A stretch of 63,193 nucleotides of DNA, filler included, from Octopus bimaculoides (Eukaryota), in the NCBI RefSeq assembly GCF_001194135.2. It is 6 parts of 6 records of this genome, joined end to end, with 100 filler letters (N's around TTAATTAATTAA, not from the genome) between each part and the next. Parts side by side here need not be neighbours in the genome. Positions count along the whole stretch, not along the records: positions 48,750 to 62,070 come from NC_069003.1; positions 62,171 to 63,193 come from NW_026438666.1; 4 more parts are not named here. One strand, given 5' to 3'. The position numbers were made by a program, and so were the translations under genes. The notes under the pieces are model-generated. The model worked only from the letters and a program-made list of their open reading frames with translations, did no database searches and was not told the DNA's origin. Shown piece after piece: positions 52,817-63,193 of this stretch. Within the stretch, counting starts at the first letter, position 1; every line of letters begins with the position of its first letter.

Positions 52817-53671
52817 AAAGGAACTTATTGATTATATGCGTTTTGCTCCATTTATTATTATTCTTCATATTATTATTATTATTATTCTTCATATATTATT
52901 ATTATTATTATTCATATATATATATATATATATATACATACACGCATATATACGATATACATTAAATATATTGTATAATTATACACACACACTTATTCGC
53001 AATCGCATACGCATGCATCTATAAACGTGTATGTGCGTGTGCATATTTAAAACGACATTTTCTTGTCACTAGAAATTTCTTGTCTTGATAAAACTGAAAT
53101 ACCGATTTCGTAAGTTGTTAAGTACTTATTGACCGTAGTACAAAGGTCATCTGTAGCGGATCTGATGTACGGCTGGTGTTTAGTGAATCATTTCTTATTT
53201 TCATTTTTTGTTTGTTAATTTGTTTCTTTCCGTCATTTGTGTAACGCTAAAAATCCCCTCCAATCTATCCGGTTCCACTTACGTCACTCAACACGTCACA
53301 ACAATCAATTGAGAAAACACTACGTAACTACACGGCTGTATTACGTCTAGTCATTGCTACTCTTCTTCTTCTTCTTCTTCTTCTTCTTCTTCTTCTTCTT
53401 CTTCTTCTTCTTTTTTTCTCTTCTTCTTCTTCTTCTTCTTCTTCTTCTTTTTTTTTCTCTTCTTCTTTCTCTTCTTCTCCTTTTTTTCTTGTTCTTGTTC
53501 TTCTTTCTCTTCTTCTTCTTCTTCTTCTTCTGTTGTTGGTACTACTGCTACTACTACTACTGCTGCTGTTGGTACTACTACTTCCTCCTTCCTTGTTACT
53601 TCTTTCTTTTTTCTGCCTTTTCTTCCCTATTTCTCTCTGTCTGCCTCTCTCTGTGCCTGTCTGTCTGTCTG

Positions 53672-53703
<32 letters not shown>

Positions 53704-53910
53704 CTTTTTTCATAAAGCTGTGTGGTTAAGATGTTATCTTCCTTAGCACATGGTTTCTCCTTCGGTACCATATCGCAGCTCCTTTACTGTGTGCCTTCTA
53801 TCACGGCATCAGATTGACTAGTGCCTTACGAATTTGGTAACCAAAACTTGCGGTGAAGCCAGCCCACCATGCACAGTATACACACACACACACACACACA
53901 CACATACATA

Positions 53911-54460
53911 CGAGTTGCTCGGGGTCTGGTTTGGTCTGGACTTCCAAACAGAGAAGAACTGGAACGAGATAACGAGTAGGGTGGTCACTCTAGCCCAGCA
54001 ATGGGCCGATAGGAAGCTGTCCCTAAAAGGTCGGGTGGAGGTGGTGAACACGTACATGATGTCCGTCATCTACTACCTCCTGACTGTTGTGCCTTGTCCC
54101 GACCCTACCATCACCAAACTGCAACACATTCTCTTCCGCTTCTTGTGGAAAGGATGCGTTCCGATGATCAGACGATCTGTTTGCTGCCAACACCCGTTAA
54201 AAGGAGGCCTGAGCATGTCATGGTTGATGATGCACAGACACACGCTGAGACTGCGACATCTCCGGCTCTACATAGATGACGGTGAAAAGGTGTGGTTGCC
54301 GTTTGTGAGGTGCACTTTCCTGTAGCTTATCTCCATGACCGAACTGCAGTCATGGATCAAAAAGAGGCCGAGGAAGAGCGAATGACACCGCGAGTATCGC
54401 GTTGCTCTCGAGCAACTATGCCATCCCAGGTCAACCATGAGCGACTGGAACACGAACAAT
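53911..54460 (+). mobile_element. Tx1/L1-clade LINE RT-thumb fragment
   Basis: LLGVWFG...KLSLKGRVEVVNTYMMSVIYY..TVVPCP...KLQHILFRFLWKG....RRSVCCQHPLKGGL. Confidence 0.8.
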
Positions 54461-54497
54461 CCTCAAAACAAAACATAGATAAGATATACATGCAATT

Positions 54498-54940
54498 CTT
54501 TTCTTTTCTACTCTAGGCACAAGGCATGAAATTGGGGAGGGGGCGAGAGGGCGCCAGTTGATTAGATTGACCCAAGTATGCAACTGGTACTTAATTTATC
54601 AACCCTGAAAGGATGAAAGGCAAAGTCGACCTCGGTGAAATTTGAACTCTGAATGTAAAGACAGACAAAATACTGCTAAGCATTTCGCCCAGCATGCTAA
54701 CATTTCTTATTTCTTTATTGCCCACAAGGGGCTACACACAGAGGGGACAAACAAGGACAGACAACCAGATTAAATCCATTATATCAACCCCAGTGCGTAA
54801 CTGGTACTTATTTAATCGACCCTGAAAGGATGAAATGCTAAGTCGACCTCACCGGAATTTGAACTCAGAACGTAGCGGCAGATGAAATGCTTCTAAGCAT
54901 TTCGCCCGGCGCGCTAACGTTTCTGCCAGCTCGCCGCCTT
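54498..54940 (-). mobile_element. SINE family C dimer flanked by a 17-bp target-site duplication
   Basis: aagatatacatgcaatt at 54481-54497 and 54941-54957; inter-monomer junction at about 54705. Confidence 0.9.
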
Positions 54941-55549
54941 AAGATATACATGCAATTAAGAAAAACAAGGTAGATAATTAAGTAGACATACAATAAGATG
55001 TATTAAAGGGGTCAGTTTGGTTACAAAAACCATTAGGAGGATGATGAGGAAGAAAAAATTAGACTAGGAAATAAAGTTTGGGAGACAATAGGAAAGAGCT
55101 GGTCATAAGATAGGGAAAATGATAAAAAAACAACTTTTTATCATTTTCTTTTTTTAATATTTTTTGTCATGAAGCATGTGACAATAACCGCCAAACGTCT
55201 TCCTCATAGTCTTAATTTCCTTTTCTTTTGAGTCAACAAGCAAGAAACTGATCTCTCATCTCTTTCTCTCTTTCTCTCTCTCTCTCTCTCTCNNNNNNNN
55301 NNNNNNNNNNNNNNNNNNNNNNNNNNNNNNNNNNNNNNNNNNNNNNNNNNNNNNNNNNNNNNNNNNNNNNNNNNNNNNNNNNNNNNNNNNNNACCTTTAT
55401 GGTGCCATAAATATTATTTTTATGTTAATTTATTTCTCTAAATAATTTTGTGGTCATTTTTAAAATAATGAAAGAAAGAGAAAAATATCTTGCTTCTATT
55501 TGTGTTGTTGTTATTATTATTATTATTATTCTTTCTATTTTTATTGTTA

Positions 55550-55763
55550 AGGCAGCGAGCTGGCAGTATCATTAGCATGCTGGCCAAAATGCTTAGTGGC
55601 GTTTCGCCTGTCATTACGTTCTGAGTTCAAATTCGGGTGAAGTCAACTTTGCCTGTCATCCTTTCGAGGTTGATATATTAAGTACCAGTGAAACACTGGG
55701 GTCAGTGTAATTGACTAGTTCCCTCCCCCACAGATTTCAGGTTTTGTGCCTATAGTAGAAAGG

Positions 55764-55795
<32 letters not shown>

Positions 55796-55950
55796 TGCTA
55801 CTACTACTACTAAGGCAGCAAGCTGGACAAAATGCTTAATGGCATTTCTTCTGTCCTTTTATTTTCCGAGTTCAAATACCAATGAGGTTGATTTGTCTTT
55901 CATCCTTCAGGGGATTGATTAAATAAGTAGCAACAAGCTTCCTTCTCCCA
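55550..55950 (+). mobile_element. Two CpG-decayed SINE family C copies separated by (ATT)n
   Basis: aaggcagcgagctggcag... at about 55550 and aaggcagcaagctgg... at about 55812. Confidence 0.75.
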
Positions 55951-56569
55951 AATTTCTGTTGTAGATCCCAACTTCATTCATTTGAAGAGAAGGGATCCTG
56001 TAAGAGTGGCAGTAGAAATCAAGAGGTCCAGGTGTTACATATGTAGTAGCGCTAACCACCTGAAGGCAGTTTACTCAAAGTTAAAGTTTGGGGTGAACTC
56101 TCCTTTGCTGCCAACACTACAACTACAGAAAGATCAACAACAGCAGCAACAGAAATAGCCAAAAGAACAATTAAGATATTGAAGCTACAATTGAAAAGGA
56201 AGAGTTCTTCCCAGGGAAAAAAACACCAACTCCAGCACAAACCACTCATGCACTGACATTCATGCATTCACCCACCAGTCTTTCTTCTCTTCTGATATCA
56301 TAGGCTCCTCTGACTTCTTGTAAACTGATGAGCATAAAGAGGAGACTGGACTGTGGTGTATTATCATTGTAAGGGGAAGAAAAGGATGACAACCAATAGC
56401 CACGGTTCTATAACAAAAACAGAAAGGTCAATGGGATGCCAAAGCGTTTGAGACTCTCCATATCAATAACAAAATATTGAAACCCGCAATTACAGTAACA
56501 ACAACAGGAAAGACAGCTACAACAACAACAAAAAAAAAAGAAAATAGAGTATTCTTACTGGCACGTTAG

Positions 56570-56872
56570 GAAATCATTTGAGCAAGGTCGTTGCCAGTGC
56601 CGCTGGACTGGTGCCTGTGAAGGTGGCACGTAAAAAACACCATTTTGAGCATGGCCGTTGCCAGTACCACCTGACTGGCCCTCGTGCTGGTGGCACGTAA
56701 AAGCACCCACTACACTCTTGGAGTGGTTGGCAGTAGGAAGAGCATCCAGCTGTAGAAACTCTGCCAGATCAGGTTGGAGCCTGGTGTAGCCATCTGATTC
56801 ACCAGTCCTCAGTCAAATCGTCCAACCCATGCTAGCATGGAAAGCGGACGTTAAACGATGATGATGATGATG
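56570..56872 (+). mobile_element. RTE 3' tail
   Basis: Same tail as 9008-9165 and 14921-15165, ending cgttaaacgatgatgatgatg. Confidence 0.85.
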
Positions 56873-57408
56873 GTAGATATGCACCAAATAGGTTCTCGGG
56901 ATGGATATACTTTGAAACTCCAACTTCCTAATAAATGTGAGACAGTCCTGCAAGACAGGAGTTGGCTATAAGAAATACATTGCATAAATAAATAATAAAC
57001 AGACAAGATGAAAAAACAATTGAAGAACAACAATTCATTTATTGCAACAGAAAAAAGAATATCTTTACAATTGTTTCAATGATTCGGTGGCTGATCAATG
57101 CTATAAAACACATTATGTAAACATTTATGTTTTACAATTGACTGACATACAGTAATTGACTTAGTAACCTTGCAATTTGACCCAGTTTTTTCCTGCAAAC
57201 ATTTATTTACTTGACCTACTTATAGACATCTGTTTACATACATAGATACGCACATCGTACATACACACACACACGCACATAGGAAATTATTTATATGTCT
57301 AACACGTAAATCTTTGTGATTCCTATTAAGCAAGTGAAACACATGTAATGGAGAATATACAGTACCAAACGATTTCCATTTTCCTATTTTATTATATAGA
57401 TATATATA

Positions 57409-57560
57409 GGTGCAGGAGTGGCTGTGTTGTAAGAAGTTCAATCCCACTGCATAGCACCTTGGGCAAGTGTCTTCTACTATAGTCTTGGGCTAACCAAAGC
57501 CTTCTGAGTGGATTTGGTAAACAGAAACTGAAAGAAGCCCACCATATCAACATCAGCATC

Positions 57561-57580
<20 letters not shown>
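57409..57580 (+). mobile_element. SINE family B, CpG-decayed copy
   Basis: aggtgcaggagtggctgtg...ggtaaacagaaactgaaagaagcccaccat, compared with ggcgcagg...ggtagacggaaactgaaagaagcctgtcgt at 60371. Confidence 0.8.
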
Positions 57581-57593
<13 letters not shown>

Positions 57594-58181
57594 ATACTTG
57601 TAATACGTTGGTGAGATGTGTAATGAATATCCTGCATCGAAAGTGTCAAATGCACTTCCTGGGGTTATTACTTTAAATAAGTCCTTCGTTAGATCCTACT
57701 GTCATTTCACCCAGTGTGAGAATGCATACCTAAAGTAATGCGTCCTTTTCAGTAGTTTACGGACAAAATACAACCCAAAGATAGAGTGACAATTATAATC
57801 AAAATAAAAAAATATAGAAATAAGGACATAGACAAAAAAATGGGTCAGGTTGATTATATTATAAATTACAATTCTATCTTCTCGGTCAGATTATACGGAA
57901 GAAAGTGCAAAACAGAAGGAATAAAATTTAGTGTTTAGAGATAATAAAGTTATAAAGTGAGGACTGACCATTTCTGTATGCAACTGTTTGTTTGAAGAAT
58001 CTGAATTACCCTTTGTCTTTCACGATAAAACAACTGGCTCCATTCTGCACTCGAATCGGCTTCTACTTAAAGTTAATTTATTACCGTCTAAGTTTTATAT
58101 TCTTTATTGGAACAATTAGAAACATGAGTAAACATCGTTATACTCACCCCCATATACATACATATTTTTCCATAAACTCAC

Positions 58182-58215
58182 CTACAAGGTAGTGTGTATG
58201 GTTTTGTAAACGACC
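58182..58215 (-). other. Candidate 34-nt exon (coding status unknown)
   Basis: Minus strand ctctccttcgcag|ggtcgtttacaaaaccatacacactaccttgtag|gtgagt: a good acceptor and a consensus donor. Confidence 0.4.
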
Positions 58216-58655
58216 CTGCGAAGGAGAGGTGACGAGAATGGCTCCTTTAGTACAGCACACGGTCGATACAATAAATATGAAAAGGATAAATGCATATAAA
58301 TGCCAGAAGAAAAAGAGAGACACAACCAGGTAGAATGTTTGAGAGAAGATTTTATTGATAGGCTAACGTGTGTGTCTGTGTATGCGTCATATATGCATAA
58401 TAATAGACAGGCCATCATGTATACATAATGTGTATGTACAAACATGGATGTATGCGTGTGCGATAAGTACAGAGTATTGAAAGAGTCTATATGACGTTAG
58501 AAGAATGTCCAGACACAAGGATGATAAATACCAGTTCGTAGTCAAGGTACACGGTAGTTGAAATGCTGTATCAAGAAGTTGTGGCTGCAAGGCAGAGCCG
58601 GTTGAGGTACATGTCGTACGTGACACCGTGGCTACGATGCAGAGCCGGTCACTTG

Positions 58656-58694
58656 TTACAGGAGTTCTCGCAGGTTGTATTTGCTGCTAACCAT
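58656..58694 (-). other. Short ORF / candidate uORF MVSSKYNLRELL*
   Basis: ATG in context cttcaccATGG, about 200 nt downstream of the predicted start site. Confidence 0.35.
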
Positions 58695-58899
58695 GGTGAA
58701 GTAATTCACAAACAGTGTGGAGATAAAACCTGTGCGATTATTGCTGGTTACTGTTTGGACGAAATGTGGCGACAGAGATAGAGGTCGCTGCTAGACGAAG
58801 TTGATGAGTCTCAACGTGGCTGCTGTTGTGCCGTCGCTGGAACTGGCTGTGTCCTGTGTGGTCAGTGGCTAGACCTCAAAAGGTCTGGAACCGAAAGAC

Positions 58900-59065
58900 C
58901 TCGACTCGCTGTGTCGCTGAAGTTTTATAGTGAGTAATCGGCGCAAACTGAGGTGTAGAAGAGACTGTCTCACGTGACCTTATCTGAAGGCTGTGATTGG
59001 TTGGGTTGCATCTTGGCGCGCAATAGAGCAAGTGACAAATTGTGCCAATACCAACCAATCAGTGT
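58900..59065 (-). promoter_or_regulatory. Candidate Pol II core promoter
   Basis: TATAAAA (58929-58923, minus), TCACGTGAC E-box (58970-58978), inverted CCAAT pair tgattggttgg (58994-59004) / ccaaccaatca (59051-59061), ttggcgcgcaa (59013-59023). The sequence is CpG-rich and non-repetitive. Confidence 0.55.
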
Positions 59066-59271
59066 AGTGGACACAACAAGGTCCAAAAGGGCGGCCGAAG
59101 GCTAGCTGTTATCTACTACGTCCGTATTTATGTACATACAATAGAGAGAGGAATTTCCCTCAAGTTGTACGCTACAGTTTTATATATTTACACATACGTA
59201 TATCTATTTATATATTCACACGTATATGTTTCTTACATATCTATCTATCTATCTATCTGTCTATCTATCTA

Positions 59272-59302
<31 letters not shown>

Positions 59303-59339
59303 TTATAGACGAAGATCAGTTGCAATGGAAAAACAAACA

Positions 59340-59525
59340 ACTAATGGGTTGTACCTTATAATGAAACTTTTTAAGAACATTCAAATACAACTGCAACGTT
59401 GAAATTATTGCCTCATTGAAGTCTGTTAAGTACGTCGTCAAGTACACCCTGAAAGGAAATAACCAGGCTGAAGCTGCTATTCAAATAAACAATGATAACG
59501 AAATTAGTCAATATCTAAGAACCAT
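59340..59525 (+). mobile_element. Helitron Rep-domain fragment
   Basis: N*WVVPYN..FLRTFKYNCNVEIIASLKSVKYVVKYTLKG....NDNEISQY, compared with the Helitron consensus DNRWVVPYN..L...HINVE...SIKY..KY..KG...DEI.QY. Confidence 0.8.
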
Positions 59526-60370
59526 CAAAACAAGAGAAGCATTAAAATGTCCGAAGTCAAATAAGTCAGCGACGAATCAGCGGCGCCAGATAACCGGCAC
59601 CAAAACGCCAGTGCTAAAACGTCCCACAACCCAAATACAAACAATTGTTTTCTATATTCTGTTTATGCGTCTTGAATTATATTTTGTAGAATCTCTTGTG
59701 TTGACATTCAACCCATTTTTCTCTTTATCTTCTCATCGACATTTCTTAATTTTCCCGTCGAAATGTTGTTTTATGACTGCCTTTAGCATCTTGTCTGATA
59801 TCTGTCTTAACTTTCTGTTTTCGTCGCTTACATACAATATCCCATGTATCCATAGATATCGTCTGCTCACTGCCTTTCCCTCTCTTTTGTGCTATTCTAT
59901 TTTCGTCTGTCTCAATTATTGATCTATACCTGCATCTAATGCTGTATAATGATTCCTCAAGTCAAGCTGATACGACTCGCTGATGACATTTTCATTAAGT
60001 TAGCCAATATGAAAAGGAAATGTGCTTGTAGTATTCTGTTTCTTTCTTTTTATCCCTATACAATAATGTGAGTTAATGCCTGTTCAACTGAATATATGCA
60101 AATATCTAACAATTTTTTTTCCTTCGCTTTTAATATAAATGAAATACATTCGATTTTTAGAGCTGTCAGTGTCCATTAGTTTATTTATTTGTTTCTTTAT
60201 ATTTATTTCAGTCAATTGACTGCGGCCATGCTGGGGCACTGCCTTGATGAGTTCAGTCGAACAATTTGACCAAAATGCTTACATTGATTTGTTCGACTAC
60301 GGGCGGTACTCCAGCATGGCCGCAGTCAAATGACTGAAACAAGAAAAAGAGTGAAAAGAGTATACACTTA

Positions 60371-60806
60371 GGCGCAGGAGTGGCTGTGTGGTAAGTAGCT
60401 TGCTTACGAACCACATGGTTCCGGGTTCAGTCCCACTGCGTGGCACTTTGGGCAAGTGTCTTCTACTATAACCTCGAGCCGACCAAAGCTTTGTGAGTGG
60501 ATTTGGTAGACGGAAACTGAAAGAAGCCTGTCGTATATATGTATATATATATATATATATGTATGTGCGTGTATATGTTTGTGTGTCTGTGTTTGTCCCC
60601 CCCCCAAAAAAAAACTTCGCTTGACAACCGATGCTGGTGTGTTTACGTCCCCGTAACTTAGCGGTTCGGCAAAAACAGAGCGATAGAATAAGTACTAGGC
60701 TTACAAAGAATAAGTCCTGGGGTCGATTTGCTCGACTAAAGGTGGTGCTCCAGCATGGCCACAGTCAAATGGCTGAAACAAGTAAATGAGTAAAAGAGTA
60801 AGAGTA
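60371..60806 (+). mobile_element. SINE family B, full length, with an internal (TA/TG)n microsatellite
   Basis: Head ggcgcaggagtggctgtgtggtaag (A box) and gggttcagtcc (B box); tail agcatggccacagtcaaatggctgaaacaagtaaa. Confidence 0.9.
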
Positions 60807-61069
60807 TATGCGCCTGAATACTGCCCTGGATGTATGAAGCAATCAACTAAATAGTTTGCCTCATCCTTATGTTATTTTTAGTATATGATGCAGTCGACAG
60901 ATGTATGTGTATCAGTCGATGTACACACGAAGTATATCAGAAGTAACCCGGTGACTAAAAGCCTGAATCTCTTATCTTTCGGCCTAATTTTGAGAAGTAC
61001 GTGTGCACTCACTGATACAGGACAATGCAGGGGTTTATGGGGAAATACTTCAGTTATATAACAGAAAAC

Positions 61070-61230
61070 ATTGGTTTCGAGTTTTGGCATAAGGCCAGAA
61101 ATATCTGGGACGGAGTTTAATCGATTACATCGATCCCCAGTACTCAATTGGCATTTGTTTTATCGACACCGAAAGGTTAAAAGGCAAACTAGACCTCTGC
61201 GGAATTTGAACTCAGAACGTAAAGATGGAC
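61070..61230 (-). mobile_element. SINE family C fragment
   Basis: atcgacaccgaaaggttaaaaggcaaactagacctctgcggaatttgaactcagaacgtaaag. Confidence 0.75.
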
Positions 61231-61254
61231 AAGATTTTATATAAATTCTAAGGT

Positions 61255-61304
<50 letters not shown>

Positions 61305-61744
61305 TTATCTGACCGCTGTCAATCCCTATGTTGTCAATCGACATGCTAAAAATAGCAGCGAAAATCACATCATACTGTCTTAAGGGAAAGAGAAGGAAGA
61401 GAGAGGGATACGTAAAGGTGAAGTAAATGAGGGAGTGAAAACGTAAGGGTAAGGACTAGCTTAGATATGTTGTAATCTTTGATAACACCAACGCCACCAC
61501 CACCATTACCACCACCACCACCACCACCATTACTATAACCACTACCATCATCACTATCCACCGCCACCACTTCCATGACCACCACCACCACAGATAAGGG
61601 CTTGTAATGATTGGAATGTCTTTGATTTCATGTCTGATCCGGTAAACCGAAACTGGGGGTAAAAAACAACAACTTGACTGACACTTTATGAAAACTGTTT
61701 AACTTATGTAATTTAAAGAGCAAACCAGAATGAATTCACCACCA

Positions 61745-62019
61745 CCACCACCACGGCTGAGAACAAAGGTTCTCCACAGGGTCAACGTAGTTTCTTGGTC
61801 TTTTGTCTTGAAGGAATTCAGTGTCCATCCTGCCATCTGTCTGCGCCTTGCTGCCATCTTAGTAACGTGCTTATAAAATAATGCGTCATTACACATACTG
61901 ATCTCCCAAGTCTTTCACTGCTTGTGAATCTGGGATTGTAGTGCCTTTGGGTCCTGTATATGCAGGCTGTAGTACATTCGTGAGTTGATAGTGCAGTGCT
62001 CGAAATTTTCCAGCATTAA

Positions 62020-62025
<6 letters not shown>
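61745..62025 (-). mobile_element. CR1-like LINE RT-thumb fragment
   Basis: ISMCNDALFYKHVTKMAARRRQMAGWTLNSFKTKDQETTLTLWRTFVLSR. Confidence 0.75.
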
Positions 62026-62070
<45 letters not shown>

Positions 62071-62170
62071 NNNNNNNNNNNNNNNNNNNNNNNNNNNNNN
62101 NNNNNNNNNNNNNNTTAATTAATTAANNNNNNNNNNNNNNNNNNNNNNNNNNNNNNNNNNNNNNNNNNNN

Positions 62171-62211
<41 letters not shown>

Positions 62212-62473
62212 CTACATATGTGCGGGTATATATATATATACACAGATATGCACCTATTTATGTATATACATATACGCACAAACTCTTCATTTCCAACAAC
62301 ACCCAATCATGGCATACTCTCCCTCACTTCACAAACATTTGCCAAGCAGCGCCCTCTCTCATTATTTCATCATCAAAGGGCTAGGTTATACAAAGAACTA
62401 ACAAGAAATAAATATGAAATGTGAAATATATTTTGACAAAACAACATTAATTCTACTACCACTACTACTGCTG

Positions 62474-62538
<65 letters not shown>

Positions 62539-62678
62539 ACTGCTGCTGCTGCTGCTACTGCTGCTACTACTACTATTACCACTACTACTAAATAATTATA
62601 ATAATAAGAAAAAGAATAGAAAAAAGAATAATTTTCATTGTTTTTTATTAATGGCGACCTTGTACCAAAATTAAAAAG

Positions 62679-62734
<56 letters not shown>

Positions 62735-63193
62735 GCATCAGATGTCATTAGCAACAATGGAATGAACAAAAGGTAGAATCACAATGAGAAAGGAAAATAT
62801 TTGGAGTAAGTGCCGTAACATGGCGTAACTGAAACTAAATCGCAACAATGTTAAACATATCAGCAGCGAGATCAACAAGAACAATGGTAAGAAAAAAACA
62901 ACAAAATGCAAAAAAAAAAAAAAAAATTGCAAGAAAAAAAAAAAAACAACCGAAGAAAGACACCAGTATGATAATATAGCAATAATGTCATCAATAATAA
63001 TGGAAACACCAACAACAACAAAAACGACAAGAACAGTAACAATAGTAATAAGCAAACACACATTGCATGTATGATTTAATTTGAAAAACATGTTATGAAA
63101 GCTTCTTTCAAAGAAAATGTTCACACGCGTTCATGTGAGCATGTGTAACATATGGATGGTGTCTATGTTTGCGTGCGTATATAAATATATATA

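Noticed and set aside
59975-60045. CTGATGA...GAAA hammerhead-like motif (also a weaker one at 35070-35145 on the minus strand)
   Set aside because: Stem II is plausible at 59.98 kb, but stems I and III do not pair convincingly.

Overview
Repeat-saturated eukaryotic DNA, not prokaryotic. The microsatellite density, the SINE families and the RTE tails look like an octopus genome; the species is my inference from remembered repeat families, not a search. The window is a mosaic. Five identical 100-bp spacers (44 N + TTAATTAATTAA + 44 N) join six segments (1-16175, 16276-26566, 26667-35589, 35690-48649, 48750-62070, 62171-63193), so adjacency across spacers is not biological evidence. The only recognisable host gene is two in-frame + strand exons (7801-7918, 13675-13721) of a senju-like SLC35A nucleotide-sugar transporter. 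Its 5.7-kb intron holds RTE, Penelope (Naiad-like), mariner and Tc1 relics. The rest is decayed transposon fragments (RTE, CR1-like, Dong/R4, HERO, Tx1/L1, two Penelope-like elements, pogo/Tigger, Helitron), at least three tRNA-head SINE families and simple repeats. Most ORF-track entries are microsatellite translations. Best leads: (1) a type I minimal hammerhead ribozyme with a palindromic stem III at 52726-52816, next to two hammerhead-like relics; (2) a candidate minus-strand TATA/E-box/CCAAT promoter near 58900-59060 with a 12-aa uORF and a one-sided CpG-decay footprint, suggesting an unannotated gene; (3) a SINE that twice joins a related SINE at the same position, once inside a 17-bp target-site duplication. 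All family assignments come from motif recognition by eye, with no database search.
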